The position numbers were made by a program, and so were the translations under genes. Positions 46,618 through 54,199 of a stretch of DNA of 64,000 nt are shown here, one piece after another. The notes under the pieces were generated by a model. It was not told where the DNA came from, did no database searches, and saw only the letters and a program-made list of their open reading frames with translations. Positions within the stretch are counted from its first letter, which is position 1. The number at the start of each line of letters is the position of its first letter. The DNA comes from Thermodesulfovibrionales bacterium (lineage in GTDB: Bacteria; Nitrospirota; Thermodesulfovibrionia; Thermodesulfovibrionales; UBA9159), in contig DASRZP010000063.1 in NCBI GenBank assembly GCA_035686305.1, positions 4,396-68,395 of the forward strand. Direction: 5' to 3'.

Positions 46618-48435
46618 TCAGGAGAGAGCATGACCGCCCTGTTTGCGCGTACGCATCCTGTCCAGACTCTTTTTGAAGACCCGGAGCGAATTCAGTTCAA
46701 CGGTGGTCTTGTTGCAGGTCATGTTCCTCCCATGCCTTCGGACGATGAGGGTCACGGCTTCCAGTCTCCTGATGGGCAGCTTCAATTCCTGTGCCCGCGT
46801 AAACCAGTCCGTGTCTTCACCAAAGAGCAGGGTTGGATCAAAGAGCCCCACCTTTGTGAAGGCCGATCTCCGGAACAGTGCCGCTCCGATAGAATAGGGA
46901 AAGGATTCTGCCGGATTTCCACTGTATTCATATTCACGGGTTGCGTCGGTGTAGTGAGCGAGCTGGGCGTAACCATGTATGACATCAATCTCCTCGTCTT
47001 GCAACAATTCCTTTACGAGCATCGGGAGGTTGTTCTTCGGCCACAGGTCATCGACGTCGTTGAAGGCGACAAATTCGCCTGTTGCTTCTATGACCCCTTT
47101 ATTCCTTGCTGTTGCAGGGCCGTGGTTATCCTGATAGAAATATCGGATTTCCGTCGGCAACTGTTCAACGATATCCCTGGTCTTATCGGTGGAACCATCG
47201 TCGATGATGATGATTTCCAAGGAAGGATAGCCCTGAGACAGGATATTCTCCACCACTTCCCGGATGAAGGGTTCACCATTGAATACCGGGATGATGACGC
47301 TTACCACCGGCCATACTCTTGGAGAGGCGTGTGGTTCCGGAGCGCTATCGTACCTCCTCGGGACGCCTGCAGCGCTTTCACGAGCGAGGGTTTGTAAAAC
47401 CTCGGAAAGAGCGACCGGGATATGCGCAAGATCGCGGCCGAGTTCGAGATTGAAGCACGGGAGGCTTGCCGACAGCTGATTGAGAAACTCATAGGTCTTA
47501 ATGCCGGCGCCGGGCAGCTGAGTCATCGTCGTGAAGGATGCTGCCCGAAGAATGTTTTCTGAAGATGTTGTCGTGAGCCGCGACTTGTCGTTGCCTGAAA
47601 TATGGGGGACGATGACCGCCTTCAGGGGCATCGCCTTCATGATCTGACCGCTGAATGCGGGATGGAGAAACATGACCGCCTTCTCATCCTTGAGGTTCTT
47701 GGTGTTCGAAATGAACCGGCCAAATTCGGGGAAATGTTCGACATGGTCGGCATTGAGTTTTGCGGTGTTATATAAGCTGAATGCGCAGGGTTCCGGCTTC
47801 AGCCGTGCCACGATGTAATCGTCACCGAGATAAAAGAGGCCCGATTTTAGAGAGGAGAGAGCCGTCGTTGATTTACCGATCCCTCCCTTACCTGTCAAGA
47901 GAACGGCACCCCTTTCCGTTCCGACGGCTGCTGCGTGAACAAGCTGGCATTCGTTCTTCTCCAGCCACCAGTGGAGTAAAGTCCTGAGGGGTGCGGCATT
48001 CAGCCAGGAAGGAAGACCTGCAGCATGGTCTACCCAAAAGAGACCCCTCCTTGCTTCAAGGTCCATCATGTTCAGGGAGAATTCAAACCAGTGGAAGGCG
48101 GTCTTAATCCTGCTGCTGTTATACCCCCAGATGTCTCCCCGGTACGTGTACCGGTCGCGCTTCCATGGCGGGGGAGGCATGTTGGTATTCGTTGATGTGC
48201 TGTCCCATAAACAGATGGTCAAATCAGGCGCCTCGATTTGAGGTATCCTGAGATGACTGAAAGCGGGTGTGATATGGTGAATTAATGCCCGGCCTGCAAA
48301 GGAGAGGCGGAGGGTAGTGTCGCATATCCGGTAATAGAAATCGATCTCCCCGGCAGACTCCCTTGCTTCCAGGTATCGATGATAGACATTCTGAAAAAAT
48401 GCTACCTGTTCTTCTACCGTTTCTAAGGTGTCCAA
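46618..48435 (-). CDS. fusion protein: HprK-related P-loop (HPr-kinase-C-like) domain plus family 2 glycosyltransferase
   Basis: aa ~170-215: LVHAAAVGTERGAVLLTGKGGIGKSTTALSSLKSGLFYLGDDYIV (HprK-C-like P-loop followed by DD). aa ~375-605: VVSVIIPVFNGEPFIREVVENILSQGYPSLEIIIIDDGSTDKT...FNDVDDLW...VFKKSLDRMR. The GT2 part belongs to the same subfamily as the stand-alone GT2s. Confidence 0.75.
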   Translation of the reverse strand: MDTLETVEEQVAFFQNVYHRYLEARESAGEIDFYYRICDTTLRLSFAGRALIHHITPAFSHLRIPQIEAPDLTICLWDSTSTNTNMPPPPWKRDRYTYRGDIWGYNSSRIKTAFHWFEFSLNMMDLEARRGLFWVDHAAGLPSWLNAAPLRTLLHWWLEKNECQLVHAAAVGTERGAVLLTGKGGIGKSTTALSSLKSGLFYLGDDYIVARLKPEPCAFSLYNTAKLNADHVEHFPEFGRFISNTKNLKDEKAVMFLHPAFSGQIMKAMPLKAVIVPHISGNDKSRLTTTSSENILRAASFTTMTQLPGAGIKTYEFLNQLSASLPCFNLELGRDLAHIPVALSEVLQTLARESAAGVPRRYDSAPEPHASPRVWPVVSVIIPVFNGEPFIREVVENILSQGYPSLEIIIIDDGSTDKTRDIVEQLPTEIRYFYQDNHGPATARNKGVIEATGEFVAFNDVDDLWPKNNLPMLVKELLQDEEIDVIHGYAQLAHYTDATREYEYSGNPAESFPYSIGAALFRRSAFTKVGLFDPTLLFGEDTDWFTRAQELKLPIRRLEAVTLIVRRHGRNMTCNKTTVELNSLRVFKKSLDRMRTRKQGGHALS

Positions 48436-48472
48436 GGACTATTCCCGATGGCAGGGATCGTTAACGAGACAG

Positions 48473-48946
48473 TCATTGCCTGTTGACGGGAAGGTCATCC
48501 CGGGAGCTTGGCCAGCCTGTTTCATCGACGTCATGAATCGGGTCCAGCAAGAGAAGGTCCTGCATATCGGTGTATTTATGTAACACGGGGTGCACGAAGA
48601 TTTCCGGACCTTCACGGTGGCTTGCTGCTTCGCAGCCGGCACGACCGAGGGCCTCTTCACTTCCCCCCCCTTCGTCCGTTACAATGAGATCCTCCCGTTG
48701 TAGTTCGCTCATCAGCCGATTGAGAGCCTCTTCTATCTCGCCTCTGTCAGCCCTGTACCGACCTGCAATCCATTCGATGATTCCGTTGAGATCGAAGCTT
48801 CTGTTGATAAGTCCCCATATGTCCGCGCCCGCCCCATCAAGACTGTAATAGTTGCCGCTATCAAGATGGACCAGGACGGTCTCTCCGTCAATGGTCTCAT
48901 GGATGACTTTAGGACTATTGATCCTGAACCGTGAACCCTCTGTCAT
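48473..48946 (-). CDS. PqqD-family (RRE-type peptide-binding) protein with a C-terminal extension; first gene of the operon
   Basis: N-terminal ~95 aa: FRINSPKVIHETIDGETVLVHLDSGNYYSLDGAGADIWGLI...IIEWIAGRY...EIEEALNRLMSELQREDLI, the PqqD pattern (beta strands, then .lN.tg..iW.l., then helices). An extra ~60 aa ends ...HKYTDMQDLLLLDPIHDVDETGWP... Confidence 0.75.
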   Translation of the reverse strand: MTEGSRFRINSPKVIHETIDGETVLVHLDSGNYYSLDGAGADIWGLINRSFDLNGIIEWIAGRYRADRGEIEEALNRLMSELQREDLIVTDEGGGSEEALGRAGCEAASHREGPEIFVHPVLHKYTDMQDLLLLDPIHDVDETGWPSSRDDLPVNRQ

Positions 48947-49150
48947 CGACGTATCCTTTCTCTTGCCGTATCTTCCATGCTGAAGAGAGCGGTCAAGAAG
49001 ACGAATGGTTCATGAGCTGAATTGTGAGGGGAAAGCACTGCTGACCACTGGCGGGCCTTTTCTGTCTTTTTCCCGATGCCTTCCGACCTCGCATCACGTA
49101 CCTAATCCTTGGGATTGCTGTCTTTTGAACGTCTCAACGTCTGCAGGAGC

Positions 49151-49159
49151 ATTATAGCA
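49151..49159 (-). promoter_or_regulatory. extended -10 promoter element for the minus-strand operon
   Basis: The minus strand reads TGCTATAAT (TGn + TATAAT), about 205 nt upstream of the PqqD ATG. No good -35 element. Confidence 0.4.
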
Positions 49160-49296
49160 CACAAATCCTCCCTCTTTCTCTCCGGAAGCAGAACGTTCTC
49201 AAGATGAACCGTTGGGATCAAAGTCCTCTCGAGGACGCGGAACCGGCCTCTAGAGCGGGCATCGATGACGGAGGCATCAAGAGAAAGGGGCGAAAT

Positions 49297-49335
49297 GTTA
49301 CAATTCTGTTACGATACCGTGAATATTCCGTTACA
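49297..49335 (+). promoter_or_regulatory. Pho-box-like array: 4 half-sites at 11-bp phasing
   Basis: GTTACA (49297), GTTACG (49308), GTGAAT (49319), GTTACA (49330). Upstream of response regulator 1. Confidence 0.6.
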
Positions 49336-49384
49336 TCCTTGTAGCCTCTTGCATCCTTATGCCCTCAAATGGTATATGTACAGC

Positions 49385-50083
49385 ATGAACAATGCAAAGA
49401 TCCTGATCGTCGATGACGAGCCTGATATCGTAGAACTCGTTTCTTATAACCTTACGAAAGAGGGGTTCGAGGCATTGTCAGCCTCAGACGGGAAGGAGGC
49501 CCTCGATAAGATCAGGGCAGGCGATCCTAACCTTGTTATCCTTGACCTCATGCTCCCTGGGATACAGGGCATGGAGATCTGTCGAATTTTACGCAATGAC
49601 CCACGAACGAAGAGCATACCGATCATCATGCTTACCGCAAAAGGAGAAGAAGTGGACAAGGTTCTCGGCCTTGAGCTCGGTGCTGACGACTACATAACAA
49701 AGCCCTTCAGTCCACGGGAGCTCCTGGCAAGGGTTAAGACCGTCATGAGAAGGACATCGAAAAAGGCGATCGATGATAAGGTTGTCCGAATAGGGAACCT
49801 GACGATCAACAAAGAGACCTATTCCGTGAGAAAGAATGACAGAGTTTTGGATCTGAGTTCCACCGAGTTCAGGCTTCTTCTCTATCTTGTTGAGAGAAGG
49901 GGGAAGGTTTTCAGCCGTGATCAGCTTCTCGACGCGGTCTGGAAGGATGAGGCCTTTGTAGAGCCGAGAACCGTAGACGTCCACATCAGGAGACTGCGCA
50001 CCCACGTCGAGGACGACCCGGCAAACCCCAGGTACGTAAAGACAAAGAGAGGAATCGGTTATTATGTCGACGGAGAAGCATGA
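49385..50083 (+). CDS. PhoB/PhoP-like OmpR-family response regulator (paralogue 1)
   Basis: KILIVDDEPDIVEL...LVILDLMLPGIQGMEICRILRNDPRTKSIPIIMLTAKGEEVDKVLGLELGADDYITKPFSPRELLARV...VDVHIRRLRTHVE...VKTKRGIGYYV. I trimmed the start to ATG 49385. Confidence 0.85.
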   Translation: MNNAKILIVDDEPDIVELVSYNLTKEGFEALSASDGKEALDKIRAGDPNLVILDLMLPGIQGMEICRILRNDPRTKSIPIIMLTAKGEEVDKVLGLELGADDYITKPFSPRELLARVKTVMRRTSKKAIDDKVVRIGNLTINKETYSVRKNDRVLDLSSTEFRLLLYLVERRGKVFSRDQLLDAVWKDEAFVEPRTVDVHIRRLRTHVEDDPANPRYVKTKRGIGYYVDGEA

Positions 50084-51816
50084 CGAAGAGAATCTTCAGA
50101 CGAATCTTCGTAATCTATGCCGTTATCGTTCTCCTCGCAGGGGTTGTCGGCGAGATCTATATTACCTCGGCTGTCAGAGATAACCGTATTGCCGTTCTGA
50201 GACAGCACCTTGAAGATTCAATAGGGCTCCTTTCTCCCGGCATATCCTTTACCAACGGCAACCTTGACGCCTTCTGCAGGGGGGTAAAGGAAAAGGTCCA
50301 TGCCCGTGTCACCATAATACGGATCGATGGAAGGGTGATCGGCGATTCTGACCACGAATCTGCATCTATGGATAATCACGCACATCGCACGGAGATCCAG
50401 AAGGCGGCCAATTTTGGGATCGGCATGAGTATTCGTCACAGCGATACGTTACACGAAGATTTGCTCTATGTCGCACAGAAGATGGCACGAAGCGGAACCG
50501 ACGCAGGATACATCAGGCTTGCGGTGCCGTTGCAGAGTATTTATCGCTCGGTAAATCTCCTCAGGCTAAGGATGATCCTTGCTGTGTCGGCGGTGCTGCT
50601 CGTAACATGGGGAGTCTCAGTATGGCAGATCTCCCATCTGAAGAGACTTCTCAAGGAGATCACGGGTTTCTCACGGTCCCTCTCGCGGGGTGAGATAGAC
50701 AAGAGACTCTTTCTCGACAAGGCGGGGGAATTCAGCGAGATTGCAGATAATCTGACCGCCATGTCGGTCACCCTGCAGGGCATGATGTCGCAAAGCGAAG
50801 AGGAGAGGAATCGTCTGAACGTTATTCTCAAGAGCCTTCCTGATGCATTGCTCATCATGGATGGGAAGGGCATGATCACCCTTTCGAGCTCTTCAGTAAA
50901 GGATTTTTTTGGAGACGTTCCTGCGGCAGGGACGGGGTTTGCAGAAGTGGTGCGAAATCACGAGTTGGCTGATCTCATCGACGAGGCACGGAAGACCCTT
51001 GCTCCGGGCACGGCTGAATTCAGCATCGAAACACCGGAGGAAAAACATCTCATGGCGAGGGTCTCCCCGCTTTTTTATCGAGGAAGTGAGCTTTCAGGGT
51101 TTGTCGCGGTATTTCACGATATCACCGAGATCAAGAAACTCGAACAGGTGAGAAAGGATTTTGTTGCCAACGTCTCCCATGAACTGAAGACCCCGATTAC
51201 CGCGATCAAGGGCTTTGCCGACACGCTTCTCGACGGCGCGCTCGGAGACCAGGAAAATGCAACACGGTTTGTCCAGACCATCAGGTCGAACAGTGAGCGT
51301 ATCAACGCCCTCGTCGATGACCTCATGATCATCTCCAAGATCGAACTTGGGGTCATAAGGGTCGAGAAGTCTCTCATCGATATCGGAGGGGTCTTCGAGA
51401 ATATCGTGGAGCTTTTCAAGGCAAAAGCGGCTTCAAAGAATCTTTCTCTGGAAATTCACGGGGATCAGACCATCGGCCAGATCGAGGCAGACAGGAACCG
51501 CCTCATCCAGATTCTGACCAATCTCGTCGACAATGCAGTGAAGTTCACGGAAACGGGAAGGGTGACGTTCGGCATCGACAGAGAGGAAGACGGAAAGCCC
51601 TTTCTCTTTGTGGAAGATACGGGCATCGGTGTCCCTGCCAAGTTCCTATCGAGGCTCGGCGAGAGGTTCTTCAGGGTGGACCTCGCACGATCGAGAAAGA
51701 TGGGAGGGACAGGACTCGGCCTCGCAATCGTCAAGCATCTTGTGAAGGCCCACGGATGGCATATGCAGTTCGAGAGTGTGCAGGGCAAGGGCACCCGCGT
51801 GAAGATCATCATTTAA
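50080..51816 (+). CDS. PhoR-like sensor histidine kinase (TM-sensor-HAMP-PAS-HisKA-HATPase)
   Basis: FVANVSHELKTPITAIKGFADTL (H-box), NLVDNAVKFT, DTGIGVPAKFLSRLGERFFRVD, GGTGLGLAIVKHLV. ATGA overlap with regulator 1. Confidence 0.8.
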   Translation: MTKRIFRRIFVIYAVIVLLAGVVGEIYITSAVRDNRIAVLRQHLEDSIGLLSPGISFTNGNLDAFCRGVKEKVHARVTIIRIDGRVIGDSDHESASMDNHAHRTEIQKAANFGIGMSIRHSDTLHEDLLYVAQKMARSGTDAGYIRLAVPLQSIYRSVNLLRLRMILAVSAVLLVTWGVSVWQISHLKRLLKEITGFSRSLSRGEIDKRLFLDKAGEFSEIADNLTAMSVTLQGMMSQSEEERNRLNVILKSLPDALLIMDGKGMITLSSSSVKDFFGDVPAAGTGFAEVVRNHELADLIDEARKTLAPGTAEFSIETPEEKHLMARVSPLFYRGSELSGFVAVFHDITEIKKLEQVRKDFVANVSHELKTPITAIKGFADTLLDGALGDQENATRFVQTIRSNSERINALVDDLMIISKIELGVIRVEKSLIDIGGVFENIVELFKAKAASKNLSLEIHGDQTIGQIEADRNRLIQILTNLVDNAVKFTETGRVTFGIDREEDGKPFLFVEDTGIGVPAKFLSRLGERFFRVDLARSRKMGGTGLGLAIVKHLVKAHGWHMQFESVQGKGTRVKIII

Positions 51817-51851
51817 CCGAAATGTAACAGTGCTTTCACACTGTCGTAATG
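51813..51851 (+). promoter_or_regulatory. Pho-box-like array: 4 half-sites at 11-bp phasing
   Basis: TTAACC (51813), GTAACA (51824), TTCACA (51835), GTAATG (51846). It starts on the kinase stop codon, upstream of regulator 2. Confidence 0.6.
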
Positions 51852-51901
51852 CTTCCCGCGGTATCCTTATCCACAATCGTATCAGGAACGAAGGTAGATC
51901 T

Positions 51902-52621
51902 ATGTCGCGACAGGACGCACAGAAAATTCTTGCCGTGGACGATGAGCAGGACATCATAGAGCTTCTCGCCTATAATCTTTCCATCGATGGTTTTGAAGTA
52001 ACGACGGCGGCGGACGGGGAGGAGGCCCTGAAGAAGATCAGGGCGATGAGTTTCGATCTCGTTATCCTTGATCTCATGATGCCCGGCATACACGGAATGG
52101 ACCTCTGTCGTATTCTGAGGAATGACCCGAAAACAAAGAACCTCCCGATTATCATGCTCACGGCAAAGACTGAGGAAGTGGACAGGGTTCTCGGCCTTGA
52201 AATGGGCGCTGATGATTACGTAACGAAACCCTTCAGTCCGAGGGAATTGACTGCACGTATAAAGGCCGTTCTGAGACGCTCGACAAGGAACGTGCCCGAA
52301 TCCAGGTACATCACCATCGGCAACCTCACGATCAATACGGAAACCTATTCTGTTGCCAAGGACAATGTCCCTCTGAATCTCAGTCCCACGGAATTCAGGC
52401 TCCTCCTGTATCTCGTTGAACGGAGGGGCAAGATATTTAATCGTGAGCAGCTCCTCAATGCCGTCTGGAAGGACGAAGGATATGTCGAACCAAGGACCGT
52501 TGATGTCCATGTGAGCCGGATCAGAATGCAGATTGAAGAGGACCCGGCGAATCCTCTCTATATCAAGACAAGGAGGGGGCATGGCTACTATTTTGATAAC
52601 ACCGTTCCCGAAGGCAAATAG
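51902..52621 (+). CDS. PhoB/PhoP-like OmpR-family response regulator (paralogue 2)
   Basis: KILAVDDEQDIIEL...LVILDLMMPGIHGMDLCRILRNDPKTKNLPIIMLTAKTEEVDRVLGLEMGADDYVTKPFSPRELTARI...VDVHVSRIRMQIE...IKTRRGHGYYF. Collinear with paralogue 1 throughout. Confidence 0.85.
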   Translation: MSRQDAQKILAVDDEQDIIELLAYNLSIDGFEVTTAADGEEALKKIRAMSFDLVILDLMMPGIHGMDLCRILRNDPKTKNLPIIMLTAKTEEVDRVLGLEMGADDYVTKPFSPRELTARIKAVLRRSTRNVPESRYITIGNLTINTETYSVAKDNVPLNLSPTEFRLLLYLVERRGKIFNREQLLNAVWKDEGYVEPRTVDVHVSRIRMQIEEDPANPLYIKTRRGHGYYFDNTVPEGK

Positions 52622-52801
52622 TTCCCGGCGAGGTTTGGAATTACCAATTCGGTCACCGGCAATGCCGTGCACTTATCATTCCCGCAAGCGAAGCACATCA
52701 GGAATCCTTCTGAAAGGAAAGATTCCGGCCGGAATGACAGAATAGCAGCTGAATATGGCTTTGTCAGCGATCGTTTTAGTAAGGCCGGCGCTGCCTTCCC
52801 C

Positions 52802-54046
52802 ATGAAGGAACCACCGGAGGAGCCATTTCTCTGGGGTGTCGCCACTTCCGCCTTTCAGCTTGAAGGCTCGCCCAATGCAGACTGGTCGTCCTGGGATACG
52901 ATCCTGAGTAAGAAACCGGCGGTGACAAACCATTATGAGCTGTACCGGGAGGATCTTGCCCTCCTGAAAGACCTTGGTGTGAATGCCTATCGCTTTTCCC
53001 CCGAATGGAGCAGGATACAACCGCGTGAGGACAGCTGGGATGAAAAGGTCATCCGTCACTATCAGGAGATTATTGAGATCCTTAAGAGATACGGCATCGA
53101 GCCGATGTTGACCCTCCATCACTTTACCCATCCCCTCTGGTTCATAAAGAGATATCCCTGGCACGAAGATGCGTCAGTGGATACCTTTCTTGCCTATGTA
53201 AAGCGTATTGTCGCAGCAATAGGCGGCGTAACTTATTGGATAACCTTTAACGAGCCCTATGTCCTCATCCTCGCAGGGTACTTTGAAGGGTGCACGCCTC
53301 CGGCGATAAAGAGTGTGCAGCTGGGTGTCAGGGCCTTGGCAAATATTCTGAGGGCTCACGCAGGGGCATTCGAGATCATCCATGATGCTCACCCCAACGC
53401 AAGAGTGAGCGTGGCCCATAATATGGCTGCCCTTGCCCCCTGGAAGAAATGGAATCCCCTGGACAGGCTCCTTGCGCGACTTGCGAAACGCTTCTATAAT
53501 CACTCCCTCCTCGATGCCTTTCTGACCGGGTCACTGAAGATCAAGTTTCCCTTCAAGGAAGAAATGGAGATTCCCGTTCCCATCAAAGGCAAGCTCGACT
53601 TTTTCGGCGTTAATTACTACACGAGGATCCACATGCGGTTCAATCCCCTGAAGACGATGGGAGCGGAGATGAGACACCTTGACATTGGCGGTCATGGCCT
53701 AACCGACATGGGGTGGGAAATCCATCCTCATGGCCTCGAGAAGGTCCTCCGCTACGCCACAAAGCTCGAAGTCCCCCTCATCATAACCGAAAATGGCATC
53801 GCCACAAAGGACAGCCAGAAGAAGATACGCTTCATGCAGAACCATATCGATGTGATGGAGCATTGCAAGAAAGAGGGAATGGATATCAGGGGCTATTTCT
53901 ACTGGTCCCTCATCGACAACTACGAGTGGCTCCAGGGACTCGATGCACGCTTCGGGCTTTACAAGGTAAACTTTGAGACCCTCGAACGTATACCCACGAA
54001 CGCAGCCGCATATTATTCCTACCTCATAAAAAACAGGAAGTTTTAG
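52802..54046 (+). CDS. GH1-family beta-glucosidase/glycosidase
   Basis: FLWGVATSAFQLEGS, acid/base motif WITFNEPYV, nucleophile motif LIITENGIA, and C-terminal YFYWSLIDNYEW. I trimmed the start to ATG 52802. Confidence 0.85.
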   Translation: MKEPPEEPFLWGVATSAFQLEGSPNADWSSWDTILSKKPAVTNHYELYREDLALLKDLGVNAYRFSPEWSRIQPREDSWDEKVIRHYQEIIEILKRYGIEPMLTLHHFTHPLWFIKRYPWHEDASVDTFLAYVKRIVAAIGGVTYWITFNEPYVLILAGYFEGCTPPAIKSVQLGVRALANILRAHAGAFEIIHDAHPNARVSVAHNMAALAPWKKWNPLDRLLARLAKRFYNHSLLDAFLTGSLKIKFPFKEEMEIPVPIKGKLDFFGVNYYTRIHMRFNPLKTMGAEMRHLDIGGHGLTDMGWEIHPHGLEKVLRYATKLEVPLIITENGIATKDSQKKIRFMQNHIDVMEHCKKEGMDIRGYFYWSLIDNYEWLQGLDARFGLYKVNFETLERIPTNAAAYYSYLIKNRKF

Positions 54047-54199
54047 CCGGTCTCCCTTCTCACCGCCAAGACCCCTGCCGATGAGCCGAGGGTCGGACCG
54101 GACTGCCCGTCGTTGGCCGGAGAGATGGAGGGGGTACCCGGCCTCCTCCGTTCAGGGGCGGAAGATAATGATACTATGCCTGCCCTTCAGGTTTCACAT

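Noticed and set aside
46567-47397. 276-aa + strand ORF.
   Set aside because: It is antisense to the well-supported HprK-related/GT2 fusion gene. It has no recognisable motifs and is a typical shadow ORF of a GC-rich coding region.
36354-48946. Lasso-peptide biosynthetic cluster, suggested by PqqD + HPr-kinase-like + NTP_transf_5.
   Set aside because: The window has no Asn-synthetase-like lasso cyclase, no transglutaminase-like leader peptidase and no ABC exporter. The trio is embedded in glycosyltransferases instead.
51867-51875. Perfect DnaA box TTATCCACA.
   Set aside because: It is a single isolated copy, 30 kb from dnaA and inside the promoter region of regulator 2. There is no cluster and no AT-rich unwinding element, so it is probably chance or a minor regulatory site.
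51836-52672. 278-aa minus-strand ORF.
   Set aside because: It is antisense to PhoB-like regulator 2. The same applies to 49589..50005 opposite regulator 1.
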